From the NCBI GenBank assembly GCA_963749975.1, contig CAVVOZ010000031.1, forward strand, positions 1,270-65,269: DNA of 64,000 nt, given 5' to 3'. Made by a program: the position numbers and the translations under genes. Source of the DNA: an uncultured Candidatus Rokubacteria bacterium. GTDB taxonomy: Bacteria > Methylomirabilota > Methylomirabilia > Rokubacteriales > DASRDR01. Position 1 is the stretch's first letter. Each line of letters begins with the position of its first letter. Below the pieces are notes generated by a model. The model was not told the origin of the DNA and did not search any database. It saw only the letters and a program-made list of their open reading frames with translations. This document shows, piece after piece, positions 11,031 to 20,564 of the stretch.

Positions 11031-11451
11031 TCAATTCGCCCGGATGGTCACGACCGTGGTCCTGTAGATCGGGTTCGGAACCGACCCGCTGAACTCCACG
11101 ACCGCAGTGATCGTCGTCGTGGTGCTCGTCGGCGTGCCCGGCTGGACGGCCACGCAGCGACCGAACCCGGCGAACGCCGTCACCGGGCGCAAAGTGCCGC
11201 TGCAGTTGGTGGGCAGGGTCCCCGACGACCCGTCGAAGCTCAGGCTCGGGATGCTTCCATAGTCCGCCGCCTTGGCGCGCTCGATCGCCTCCTGAGCCAG
11301 CAGGGTCGCCGTGGTCTGGAATCCACTTGCGACCACGCCGTACAAGGCATAGGGGATCGACGCCGCAAGGGCGAGAAGGGCGACGGCCATGAGGACCATC
11401 GCCACCATCAGCTCGACCATGGTGACGCCGCGCTGATCCGGTTCGTTGCAT
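11031..11451 (-). CDS. Minor pilin (PilV/FimU-like). The mature N-terminus is VTMVELMVAMVLMAVALLAL; the leader ATG with a GGAGG RBS is in a neighbouring frame.
   Basis: ORF 11031..11420 plus own translation of the upstream leader (MQRTG.. / ..DQRG|VTMVE). Confidence 0.6.
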
Positions 11452-11465
11452 CGGGGCCTCCGTTC

Positions 11466-11925
11466 TCAACAGCCCGCCACCCGGACGCCTCCGTAGAGCG
11501 TCACGGTGATGGTATTCAGGCAGGACGCGGGAGAGGTGTCGACGGTGAAGGTCGTGGCGGACACGCCGCCCGGAAGGATCCGATTCCCGATCGGGATCGA
11601 AGGCAAGGGTCGGCGCTGTCGACACGACCGTTCCGCTCTCGGACAAGTTCTGCCAGTCGTAGCCGGAGACGACCGCCCCGGTGCACGCCGGGGTCGTAGT
11701 CCGCCTGGCGAATCCGATACTGGCCCAGCCCGAACTCGATGCAGTGGTTCGAGCCCTGGGTGATGGCGAGCTGTCGAGCCATTCGGATCGCGCCCGCAAC
11801 GTCTCTCGGCAGCGCCCTTCACCATCAGCACCTCGCGCACGTTGGAGAGCCAGGGGTATACCGCGAAGCCAAGGATCGCAATGATAGCCAGAACGACCAT
11901 CAGCTCCACGGCGGTCAGCCCGCGT
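11466..11925 (-). CDS. FimT/GspH-like minor pilin (leader …AQRG|LTAVELMVVLAIIAILG; downstream segment IEFGLGQYRIRQADYDPGV in another frame)
   Basis: Prepilin cleavage motif; segments in ORFs 11466..11909 and 11516..11782; AGGAGG upstream. Confidence 0.5.
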
Positions 11926-12043
11926 TGAGCTCCGCTGCCGAGGCCACGCCCTCCTATCGAACACCGTCAAGCCGACCTCTCGATTGCCACACGCGACATG
12001 GTCGTGCTCATCGTCTCTCCCCGTTGGCTCGAAGTGCTCGGCG

Positions 12044-12877
12044 TCAGCCGGCCGCGACCTCGTCGCTCTTGCGCGGGTAGGCGGTCACCCGGTTCCGACC
12101 GGCTCGCTTCGACTCGTACAGCGCCTCGTCGGCCGCCCACACGATCTCGTCCGGGTTCCGGCCGTCCTGGGGAAACGCCGCCAGCCCGATGCTCACCGTG
12201 ATCGGATTCAGGCTGTCGGGCGCCATCACGCTCGACTCCACCCGCCGGCGGAACCGCTCGGCGAACACCAGCCCGTCGGGCTTGCCCGTCTCGGGCAGGA
12301 TGAACGCGAACTCCTCGCCGCCAACCCGGCAGGGCACGTCGCCCTCGCGCGAAGCCGAGCGCATGAGCGCGCCGAGGGCGCGCAGCACCGCGTCTCCCTT
12401 CGGGTGGCCGAACTCGTCGTTGAACTTCTTGAACCCGTCGATGTCGATCATCAGCAGGCTGAACGCGTGCCCGAACCGGCTGGACCGGCTGATCTCTTCC
12501 CGGACCCGCAAGTCGAAGCTCCGCCGGTTGCCGACCTCCGTGAGCTCGTCCGTGTGCGACATCTCCCGGAGGCGGAAGTTGGCCAGCCGGAGCTCCTCCA
12601 CGATCCCGTCGGCCTTCGCCCCGCTCGCCCTCAGCCGATCCAGCTCGTCGTCCAGGTTCCGCTGCATGTGACCCAGGACGTCGCTGTAGATCATGTAGAA
12701 GCCTGCCAGCTCGAGGAACGCCAGGAACGCGAGGAGCAAGAAGAAGACGGGCGCACCCTTCGGGTAGAGGGGAGCCGTCACCGTGCTGGGAAGCAGGACC
12801 GGCAATCCCAGGTAGACCAGGAACAGCAGCGGAAGCAGCCCCGCCATGAGGAAGGCGAGCAGGAACTTCTTCCGGAC
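12044..12877 (-). CDS. Membrane-anchored diguanylate cyclase (GGDEF; GGEEF active-site motif)
   Basis: ORF 12044..13018. Two N-terminal TM helices, then RSFD...GGEEF...KxxGR; the true start is probably internal (~12877 or 12847). Confidence 0.85.
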   Translation of the reverse strand, partial: VRKKFLLAFLMAGLLPLLFLVYLGLPVLLPSTVTAPLYPKGAPVFFLLLAFLAFLELAGFYMIYSDVLGHMQRNLDDELDRLRASGAKADGIVEELRLANFRLREMSHTDELTEVGNRRSFDLRVREEISRSSRFGHAFSLLMIDIDGFKKFNDEFGHPKGDAVLRALGALMRSASREGDVPCRVGGEEFAFILPETGKPDGLVFAERFRRRVESSVMAPDSLNPITVSIGLAAFPQDGRNPDEIVWAADEALYESKRAGRNRVTAYPRKSDEVAAG

Positions 12878-12923
12878 ACCTCGCCCCGGCAGGAAGGAGC
12901 CGCGTCGGGCGGTCTTGATCGGC

Positions 12924-13955
12924 TCAGCCAAGGTACCACTCCATGATGGGGCGGCCCCAAACGGCCGCCACGATCCCTCCGACGGCCAAGAAGGGCCCGA
13001 AGGGCAGGTACTCGCCAAACCGCCGGCGACCCGAGACGAGCAGGGCCGCGGCCACCACGCCCCCGAGCATGATCCCCACGAACGCCGCGACCATCCCGCC
13101 GCCCGCGCCGAGCGCGGCCCCGATGAGCCCCGCCAGCTTGATGTCCCCTCCGCCCAGGCCCGTGCGCCCGAGCGCGGCGTGGCTCACCCAGGCCACGAGA
13201 AAGAAGAGGCCCCCCGTGACGATGCAGCCGGCCACCGGGAGGTCGACCTGGTTCAGGACGCGAAAGGTGAGCGGCCAGCCCGGCGCCGTCAACGCCGCGA
13301 GGTTCACGACCGCGAGCTGCCGTCCGATCAGCGCGCCCCACGTCGCCGCCCAGTAGACGTCGAGCCGCCGTCGCTCGGCGGGATCCACCTCGTCCTCCCC
13401 CTCGACGACGGGCGGGGGCGGCGCCCCGCGGGACGCCGCGCCCCGGGCGCGCGCCATCGAGATCGCGGCGAAGATCGCCGCGCCAATCACCGCCCCGACA
13501 CTTCCCCGGCCGAGCCCCTCGGGGGCGAGGATGCAGGCGGCGACCACGCCGGGCAGCGTGATCCGGTCCGGGATCCGCCGCGTCTCGAGGTCGGTGAACG
13601 CGGTCGCCACCATCGCCAGGCAGAGGAGGAATGCGCGCACCGCGTCCCAGGTCGGCCCGAGCTGCCACAGGACCAGGACCCCGAGCACGACGGCGAGCGC
13701 CTCGACCAGGGGGTACCGCCAGGAGATGGCCACGCCGCACGCCCGGCAACGCCCGCCCAGGACGAGGTAGGACACGAGGGGGATGTTGTCCACCGGTCGG
13801 ATGGGATTCTGGCAGTTCGGGCAGTGCGATGCGGGCAGGACGATGCTCTCCCCGCGCGGCAGCCGGGAGATGCAGACGTTGAGGAAGCTGCCGAGGAGCG
13901 CGGCCAGGATCACCCCGGCGGGCCAGGCCACGACGGGCGGGAGCGCGGTGGTCAT
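12924..13955 (-). CDS. pilD: Prepilin peptidase PilD (A24 family)
   Basis: N-terminal CPNCQ...C..C zinc motif, GGGDIKL motif and multiple TM helices. Start assigned at MTTALPP. Confidence 0.9.
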   Translation of the reverse strand: MTTALPPVVAWPAGVILAALLGSFLNVCISRLPRGESIVLPASHCPNCQNPIRPVDNIPLVSYLVLGGRCRACGVAISWRYPLVEALAVVLGVLVLWQLGPTWDAVRAFLLCLAMVATAFTDLETRRIPDRITLPGVVAACILAPEGLGRGSVGAVIGAAIFAAISMARARGAASRGAPPPPVVEGEDEVDPAERRRLDVYWAATWGALIGRQLAVVNLAALTAPGWPLTFRVLNQVDLPVAGCIVTGGLFFLVAWVSHAALGRTGLGGGDIKLAGLIGAALGAGGGMVAAFVGIMLGGVVAAALLVSGRRRFGEYLPFGPFLAVGGIVAAVWGRPIMEWYLG

Positions 13956-14270
13956 GCCCCGCCCTCGGCATGGGCTGCGGCGTACCGCTGGACGGCGCGC
14001 GCCAGCACCTGGGGCCACCGGCTCCGCTCGCGGAGCGCCGCGAAGCCCTCCGGAGCGAGCAGCCGCTCGACGTCGCCGCGCGTCACCGTCACCTCGCCAT
14101 CCGATCCCGCCAGAACCAGGCCGTCGAGCGCCTGGAAGCGCTCGAACACGCGGATGGCAGTCGCCACGGCCAGCGTGCCCTGCTCGGCCGGCAGGGGGCC
14201 CGGCGCGGTCACCCGGAGGGTCGAGCCCGCGAGGCTGACGGCGTCGACCCAGGCCTTCACGCAGGCACCT
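13952..14270 (-). CDS. Small hypothetical protein (~105 aa)
   Basis: C-terminal part of ORF 13952..14614; a GTG start overlaps the HD-GYP stop. No family recognised; could be a GC-driven artefact. Confidence 0.25.
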
Positions 14271-15417
14271 GCTCGGGGACTCGATCCCGCATCATCCGCA
14301 GCGTCCGGTCCAGCACCTTCACCAGCCGCGGATCGAAGGTGCGGCCCGCTTCGTCGCGCACGAACGTCCGCACCTGATCCAGCGGGATCGCCTTCTTGTA
14401 GGCGCGGCGCGACGTCATCGCGTCGAAGACGTCGGCGAGGCACGCGAGGCGGCTCACCGGGTGCTGCCGCCAGCCCTCCCGGACGAACGGGTAGCCCTTG
14501 CCGTCGTAGCGCATGTGATGCTCGAAGGCCACGATCAACGGGAGCCGGTTCGACCCCGGGAGCCGCGCGAGGAGGTCGGCCCCGAGCACGGGATGGCGGC
14601 ACATGATCCGCCACTCCTCCGCATCGAGCAGGCCGGGCTTCCGCAGCACCTCGAGCGGGATCGCGATCTTCCCCAGGTCGTGGAGCATCCCGGCCATCCC
14701 GAACTCCCGCAGGAGCTCGTGTGGAAGACCAAGCGCGAGACCGATGCCCATGGAGATCACCGCGACGTTGACGGAATGATACAGCGTGTACTCATCGTAC
14801 GACTTGATGCTGGCCAGTCTCAACACGAGCCCAGGAGCCTGCAGCATCTGTTCCAACATCGTGGAGGTGTACACGCGGAGCGTTCCGACGTGCTCGAGGC
14901 TGAGGGCCCGGCGGTCTCGGATCGTCGATTCGACGTCGCGCAGCACCTCGATCGACCCGTAATAGGCCCGCCGGGCGACGCCCTCGCCGCTCTGCCGGTC
15001 AGGTTGGCTCGGCGGAGCCAGCTGGAGATGGGTGAGCCGACGGCGGGCGGTCCACTCGCCGATCGACGCGCCCACCCCCTCGGTCAGCGCCTCGAGGAGG
15101 GCGTCGATCTCTCGATCCTCGAGACCCGCCGTGAACGCGATGGCGCCGAGACCGCGCTCGCGCTGGCAGGTCTCCAGGAAGCGCCGGTACAGGAGACTCT
15201 CGCGCGGCAGGATGCGGTCGTTGGCCACGAGGAGATCGCCCATGAAGCGATAGGTCAGCCGTCCCTGCCCGGCCAGATAGGCGGTCAGCGCCTCGAAGAG
15301 CGTCTGCTTGGCCCGGTGCGTCTGAGGATGGGTCGGCAGGTAGAGTCCGGCGGCACGCAACATGCCGTGAAGATAGGTGAAGATGAGCTGGGGATCGGGT
15401 CGCAGGGCGTCACTCAT
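14257..15417 (-). CDS. HD-GYP domain c-di-GMP phosphodiesterase
   Basis: HDLGK and HHMRYDGKGYP motifs in ORF 14257..15606; start assigned at MSDALRPDP. Confidence 0.85.
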   Translation of the reverse strand: MSDALRPDPQLIFTYLHGMLRAAGLYLPTHPQTHRAKQTLFEALTAYLAGQGRLTYRFMGDLLVANDRILPRESLLYRRFLETCQRERGLGAIAFTAGLEDREIDALLEALTEGVGASIGEWTARRRLTHLQLAPPSQPDRQSGEGVARRAYYGSIEVLRDVESTIRDRRALSLEHVGTLRVYTSTMLEQMLQAPGLVLRLASIKSYDEYTLYHSVNVAVISMGIGLALGLPHELLREFGMAGMLHDLGKIAIPLEVLRKPGLLDAEEWRIMCRHPVLGADLLARLPGSNRLPLIVAFEHHMRYDGKGYPFVREGWRQHPVSRLACLADVFDAMTSRRAYKKAIPLDQVRTFVRDEAGRTFDPRLVKVLDRTLRMMRDRVPEQVPA

Positions 15418-17449
15418 CGGGAGTATCCTGGTCTTCCGTCCGCGCCGCCAGCGCGGCCGCGGCGATCTCACGAAGCCGGCGCTCGGTCCGCTTCCAGGGC
15501 CAGACGCGGCGCCGAGCCAGACCCGCCAGCGCCTCGCAGGAGCCGGCGGTCCCGATCGCCGCCAGCGCCTCGACGGCCTCTCGGCGCAGGGGGACGTCGG
15601 CCACACCCGCCGCCCCGGCTGCGACGTCGCGCAGGACCGGTACGGCCTCGTCCCGCCGGAGCGCTCCGAGGGCGCGGACGGCTTCCAGCCGAACCTCCGG
15701 GTCGACGTCCCCCGACAACGGAAGGATCGGCGGCGCGGCGCGGGTCGGGGCGATCAGGGCCAGCGCCCGCACCGCCTCGATGCGCACCCGGACGTGGGGA
15801 TGGCCGAGAAGCGTCACCACCGGACCGAATGCGGCCTCGTCTCCGATCTTGCCCAGGACGTGGACGAGATTGCGCACCAGGAACCACCGCGGATCCTCGA
15901 GCCACTCCACGAGCGTCGGCACGATGGACGGCCCCACCTTGGCGAGGACCTGGCACATCCTCGCCCGAACCTGGCGGTCGCGCTCCTCGGCCAGGAGCGA
16001 GGTGAACTCCTGGATCGCCTCGCGGGCGACCAGGCCGAGGTACTGGGCGACCAGGGCCAGTTGCCGCTCGTTGCCGCCGTGCTGACGCAGCAGTCCACCC
16101 AGAAGGGCGACGTGCGTGCGCCCCCCCAGGCGCTGCTGGAGGACGGTGAGGTGCTGGACGCGCTCGGGGCTGCGGGCTCCGCCTGCCTGGACGGACTCCT
16201 CGAGGGTCGACAGCACCTGCGTGGCCAGCTCGATCCGCCCCCGGGCGAGGGCTTCGCCCAGAATCTCCTCGAGGGCATCCGCGGCGGAGGTCCCGTGCTC
16301 CTCGCCGTCGACGTGCAGCAGCAGGGCGAGCAGGATCTGGGCGCTGCGCTCGAGCAGGACGTCCGGCTGGCACGATGCCAGGATCTCCTCGCGGAGCTCC
16401 ACGACGAGGGGATCGTCGGCTTCGAGCACGACGCCCTCGTCCCCCAGGAGGCTCGGCGAGTCGTCCGCCTGGACCGCGGACGTGATCGCCTCGACCAGGC
16501 GGCGGCGCTGCACTTCCTCCCATGGAAACTCGAGGAGCTCCGAGCTCAGCGCCAGGAGGGACTCCTGCGGCACGAGGCGCGCCGCCACGTGACGGATCTC
16601 GTCCTCGGTCATCTGGCTGAGGAGGTTGAGGGCGAGGACATCGCGCCCGGCCAGCGGGATGAGGTGGTCGGCGAAGAAGGGCCGGAGGAGCTCTTCGGGG
16701 AGGCCCAGCAGCGCCTCGACCAGCGTCCGGGTCCTCACCTCTCGATCCGGCGCCTGCTCGACCAGACCGTGGATCATCCGCGTCGCCGCGTAGAGGCGGT
16801 CGGGGCCCACGGTGGCCGTGTCCCGGAGCCAGGCGATCAGCGCGGTCCGGTCATAGGTGAGGTCCGCGAACCGGGCCTCGACGAGCCCCACGACCGTCTC
16901 GACGAACAGGTCCACGGCGTCCCGGCCGGTCTGGAGGGCCTGCCGGGTGACCTCGCTCGTGTCGGCCTCGGCCTCCTCGCCATCGCCGGGAGCGCCGATG
17001 CGCACCCGCAAGACTCCGCGGGTGGACAGGAAGCCGCTGGCTCCCCCGAGCTGCCGGAGCTCCCCGCCCGGCATGTTCAGGAGCTCGAGGAAGGCCTGGA
17101 GCTCCCACTCCTCGACGGCGCTATCGATCTCGAGCTCGCGGATCCCGCGGCTCTCCAGGTCGAACCGGAAGGCCTCCAGCGCGGGCTCGACGGTGCGGAT
17201 GTCCGGCCCTGCCCAGACGAAGCGGTCCGGCTCCACGCGAAGGGGGAAGGAGAGCCCCTGCTGGAAGAAGTCCGCCAGCGAGCGGTGGAGCCGCCGGACC
17301 CAGGTCGAGGCGATCTCGCTTCCGGCCGGGTACAGGCTGAGCGACTTCCGGGCCGCCATCAGGGCGCGCAGGAACAGCTCCAGCACGCGCTCGCCGCCGG
17401 CGCTCGCGGCCCCCGCCTGGACGGCGTCGACCGCGCCGCGCGCGGTCAT
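15410..17449 (-). CDS. HEAT/PBS-lyase-repeat protein (~680 aa) with an N-terminal domain of unknown function
   Basis: C-terminal repeats (…VRNLVHVLGKIGDEAAFGPVVTLLGHPHVRVRIEAVRALALIA…). ATGA-type overlaps with both neighbours. Confidence 0.7.
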   Translation of the reverse strand: MTARGAVDAVQAGAASAGGERVLELFLRALMAARKSLSLYPAGSEIASTWVRRLHRSLADFFQQGLSFPLRVEPDRFVWAGPDIRTVEPALEAFRFDLESRGIRELEIDSAVEEWELQAFLELLNMPGGELRQLGGASGFLSTRGVLRVRIGAPGDGEEAEADTSEVTRQALQTGRDAVDLFVETVVGLVEARFADLTYDRTALIAWLRDTATVGPDRLYAATRMIHGLVEQAPDREVRTRTLVEALLGLPEELLRPFFADHLIPLAGRDVLALNLLSQMTEDEIRHVAARLVPQESLLALSSELLEFPWEEVQRRRLVEAITSAVQADDSPSLLGDEGVVLEADDPLVVELREEILASCQPDVLLERSAQILLALLLHVDGEEHGTSAADALEEILGEALARGRIELATQVLSTLEESVQAGGARSPERVQHLTVLQQRLGGRTHVALLGGLLRQHGGNERQLALVAQYLGLVAREAIQEFTSLLAEERDRQVRARMCQVLAKVGPSIVPTLVEWLEDPRWFLVRNLVHVLGKIGDEAAFGPVVTLLGHPHVRVRIEAVRALALIAPTRAAPPILPLSGDVDPEVRLEAVRALGALRRDEAVPVLRDVAAGAAGVADVPLRREAVEALAAIGTAGSCEALAGLARRRVWPWKRTERRLREIAAAALAARTEDQDTPDE

Positions 17450-19104
17450 CGGATCCCCTCCACGCGGGGCGCCCAGGCCAGGACCCCCGCATCCGCGGCG
17501 GCGGGCCGGGCGCCATGGCCGGTGGCCGCCACCCGATCGTCGGAGACGTCCTCGCGGGACAGCCGGGCGAGGCGCGCCAGGAGCGGCCGGTTCGCGTCGG
17601 TCTCGCGGACGAAGACGACGGCCTCGCGCTCGGTGAAGACCAGCCGCCAGCCGCCCTGGGCCAGGAGCGTCTCGCTGAGCGGCGACGAGCGCAGCGCCAG
17701 GATGGTCTGTACCTGCCACTTGTCCAGCACGACCTGCCAGCGCGGGCTGACGTTGACGACGTCCAGGAACTCCTTGAGCACGTCGGGCCCGTACACGTGC
17801 GTGCGGCCGTCCATGAACATCCGGTACTCGGGATACAGTCGCCAGAGCTCGTATCCGCCCCACGCGTAGACGCTGAAGAGCTGATGAGGCAGGCGGTTCT
17901 CCCTGATGAAGGTCATGGTCCGCTCCGGGTACCGGCTCTCCTCGAGGTCGAGGCGAAGCGGGTTCGTGGGCACCCGGGCGATGCCGGCCCAGTGCGCCGA
18001 CACCGCGGTCAGCAGGAGCACGGCGCCGGCCACCACCGGCATGTCGGGCGCCGTCAGCGCGGGCGCGAGCGAGGGCAGGCGTCCCCGCACGGCGTCACGG
18101 ATCCGGGCCCAGTCGACCCGACGCCATTCGGCCATGGCCGCCCCGAGCGCCGCCGCGAGCGGTGGCGCCGCCACGATGGCGAACAGGGGCACGTGCCGCA
18201 CCGACGTGAGCCCGAGGTTCGCGAAGACGAGGACCAGCCCGACGTCGGCGGCGCTGAGCCGACCCCGACCCCACGCGAACGCCGGGAACAGGAGGAGCAG
18301 CATGAGCTCGAGCGGCCGGAAGCCCGCGTGGTGGAAGTTCGGGGGGAACCACTCGATCGTCGAGGTCATGAAGGGCACGCTGCGGACGACCTCGAGCGGG
18401 AACAGGATCGCCCGCACGCCGAACGGGTTCAGCAGGCTGGCGGCGGCCGCCGCCACCCCCAAGCACGCCGTGAGCCCGACCACGCGCCACCCGGCGGGGC
18501 GGCGCTCGGGGTCGACGAGCAGCGGGAGCGCGGTGCCCAGCCCGGCGATCCCGATCACCAGGAACGCCATCACGAAGCCGGCGTGGAGGTTGACCCAGGG
18601 GACCACCAGCGCGGGCACGAGGACCAGCGTGGCGGGGCGGCGCTCCCAGCCCGGGCGCAGGAGCCAGATCAGGATCGCCACGAACAGGTACGTGAAGGTC
18701 TGGGGCCGCGCGTGCCAGAACTCGGCGCCGGTCCACGCCGCCAGAAGCGTCACCGCCGACGCCAGGAGCGGGTGCACGCCGCGGGCGCGCATCGTCCTCA
18801 GGACCACCCAGAACGTGGCCACCACGGTCGCGGTCTTGAGGCCGATCAGCGCGAGCCGCCCCCAGCGCTCCCAGAGGAGCGTGAACAGCACCTGCGTGGC
18901 CCACATGTGGTTGATCCACGGCCGGCCCTCGGCCGTGTAGGAGAAGGGATCCGTCGCCGGCACCGAGCGCGTCTCGAGGATGCGCTGACCGGAGGCCAGA
19001 TACCACCAGAAGTCGAAGACCGTCAGCGAGGACAGGGCGATCGTCGCCACGGCCAGGAGAGTGACGACGAGGAGCGCGCCGCGGGCGGCCCGCCCGGCGC
19101 TCAT
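17446..19104 (-). CDS. Polytopic membrane protein (~550 aa), putative GT-C-fold glycosyltransferase; paralog of the next gene
   Basis: At least 10 predicted TM helices. Conserved N-terminal block FDFWWYL…DPFSYTA.G.PW.NH.W shared with 19101..20564. Confidence 0.7.
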   Translation of the reverse strand: MSAGRAARGALLVVTLLAVATIALSSLTVFDFWWYLASGQRILETRSVPATDPFSYTAEGRPWINHMWATQVLFTLLWERWGRLALIGLKTATVVATFWVVLRTMRARGVHPLLASAVTLLAAWTGAEFWHARPQTFTYLFVAILIWLLRPGWERRPATLVLVPALVVPWVNLHAGFVMAFLVIGIAGLGTALPLLVDPERRPAGWRVVGLTACLGVAAAAASLLNPFGVRAILFPLEVVRSVPFMTSTIEWFPPNFHHAGFRPLELMLLLLFPAFAWGRGRLSAADVGLVLVFANLGLTSVRHVPLFAIVAAPPLAAALGAAMAEWRRVDWARIRDAVRGRLPSLAPALTAPDMPVVAGAVLLLTAVSAHWAGIARVPTNPLRLDLEESRYPERTMTFIRENRLPHQLFSVYAWGGYELWRLYPEYRMFMDGRTHVYGPDVLKEFLDVVNVSPRWQVVLDKWQVQTILALRSSPLSETLLAQGGWRLVFTEREAVVFVRETDANRPLLARLARLSREDVSDDRVAATGHGARPAAADAGVLAWAPRVEGIR

Positions 19105-20564
19105 CCGGTCCGCCCCGGAGGGTCGAGCACGGTCGCGACCCGGTCCTCGTAGCGCACCACCCAGCCCGCGGCGCGGAGCGCCGACACCAAGGGAGACCCG
19201 CTCCGCACGACCGCCGCGTTGACGTCGAGCCGCGCCAGGACGTCCTGCCACCCCGGCTCCAGCTCGGACACCATCAGGTGCTCCCGGAAGCGTGCCGGGC
19301 CGTAGACGGCCATCCGGCCGTCGATCGACACCCGAAGGTCCGGATAGAGGTGCCAGATCAGGTAGCCCCCCCAGACATACTCGTTCCAGAGCGTACCCCG
19401 GCGACCCTCTCGGCGAAGAAAGTCCACTGCGCCGGCCGGAAGGGTGTCGGCGACGCCGAAGGCCGGGCGGAACACGCTCCACACCTGTGCGGGCTGGCGC
19501 GAGCCCGCCACCAGGCTGCACGCGGAGAGGACGAGGCCGAGCGCCCCCGCCGCGACCGCGCGCCGGCCGAGACCCGGCAGGCGCGCCCAGTGGGCCCCGG
19601 CGCACGAGGCGAGCGCCCGGCCCAGGATCGGCGTCGCGACGATCACCAGGAGCGGCGTGTTGCGAGTCGCCTGGAAGGCGAGGTGCACGAGCGGCACCAG
19701 CACGACGAGATCGCGCCACGGTATCGGCCGCGCGGTCCCCAGGGCGAGGACCAGCATCAGGCCCAGCATCAGCTCGAGGACGAGCACCTGCGGGTGCCCG
19801 AACGGCGGCGAAGCCCACTCGATGATCCACGCCTGGGACAGCCGTTCCCCCATCACCTGGAAGGGGAACAGGACGGCGTGGTAGTGGAAGGGGTTCACCA
19901 GCGAGGCCGCGACGCTCGCCGCGGACCAGGACGCGAGCACCCGCGCGCGGCCGAGGCCGCCGGCCCGCCCGGTGTCGTCGCCCAGCGTCCACCCGACGAG
20001 CTCGCCGGCCGCGCACAGGGCCACGAGCGCGGGCCCGGCCAGGAACCCTGCGTGCAGGTTCGCCCACACGGCCGTCAGGATCGGGAGCCACCACAGGCGG
20101 TTCCGCCGCCCGGCCTGGTAGTCGGCGAGGACCCGCACGAAGAGGGCCAGGATGAGGTAGGTGACCAGCTGCGGGCGCGGCGACCAGAAGCCGTGGGTCG
20201 CCAGGGTGCCGAGGCTCAAGAGGCCGAGAGACCATCCCCGCCCCACGCCCTCCCGCCGGAGGAGACCGTAGAGCACCCCGAAGGTCGCCGACGCGGCGAG
20301 CCCCTGGAGGAGAATGACTCCCGTCGTGCCGGCGAGGGCGTAGAGGCCGTACACGAGGAGCTCGAAGCCCCAGGCATGGTTGAGCCACTCCGCGCCCTGC
20401 GCCGTCGCCGAGAACGGGTCGGCGGTGAGGAAGCTCCGGGTCTCGACCATGTAGCGCCCGGCCCGGAGCAGCCACCAGAAGTCGGCGTCGTCGATCGGCC
20501 GCAGCGCGGTCAGTCCCACCGCCGCCAGGAACGCGGCCGGAATCGCGCGCCCGGACCCGATCAT
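19101..20564 (-). CDS. Polytopic membrane protein (~490 aa), putative GT-C-fold glycosyltransferase; paralog of 17446..19104
   Basis: Same architecture and motifs (DADFWWLL…DPFSATAQGAEWLNHAW). ATGA overlaps with both neighbours. Confidence 0.7.
   Translation of the reverse strand: MIGSGRAIPAAFLAAVGLTALRPIDDADFWWLLRAGRYMVETRSFLTADPFSATAQGAEWLNHAWGFELLVYGLYALAGTTGVILLQGLAASATFGVLYGLLRREGVGRGWSLGLLSLGTLATHGFWSPRPQLVTYLILALFVRVLADYQAGRRNRLWWLPILTAVWANLHAGFLAGPALVALCAAGELVGWTLGDDTGRAGGLGRARVLASWSAASVAASLVNPFHYHAVLFPFQVMGERLSQAWIIEWASPPFGHPQVLVLELMLGLMLVLALGTARPIPWRDLVVLVPLVHLAFQATRNTPLLVIVATPILGRALASCAGAHWARLPGLGRRAVAAGALGLVLSACSLVAGSRQPAQVWSVFRPAFGVADTLPAGAVDFLRREGRRGTLWNEYVWGGYLIWHLYPDLRVSIDGRMAVYGPARFREHLMVSELEPGWQDVLARLDVNAAVVRSGSPLVSALRAAGWVVRYEDRVATVLDPPGRTG

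Noticed and set aside
15377-17869. 830-aa plus-strand ORF
   Set aside because: Antisense to the HEAT-repeat gene; R/G/A/P/D/L-dominated, with no domain recognised.
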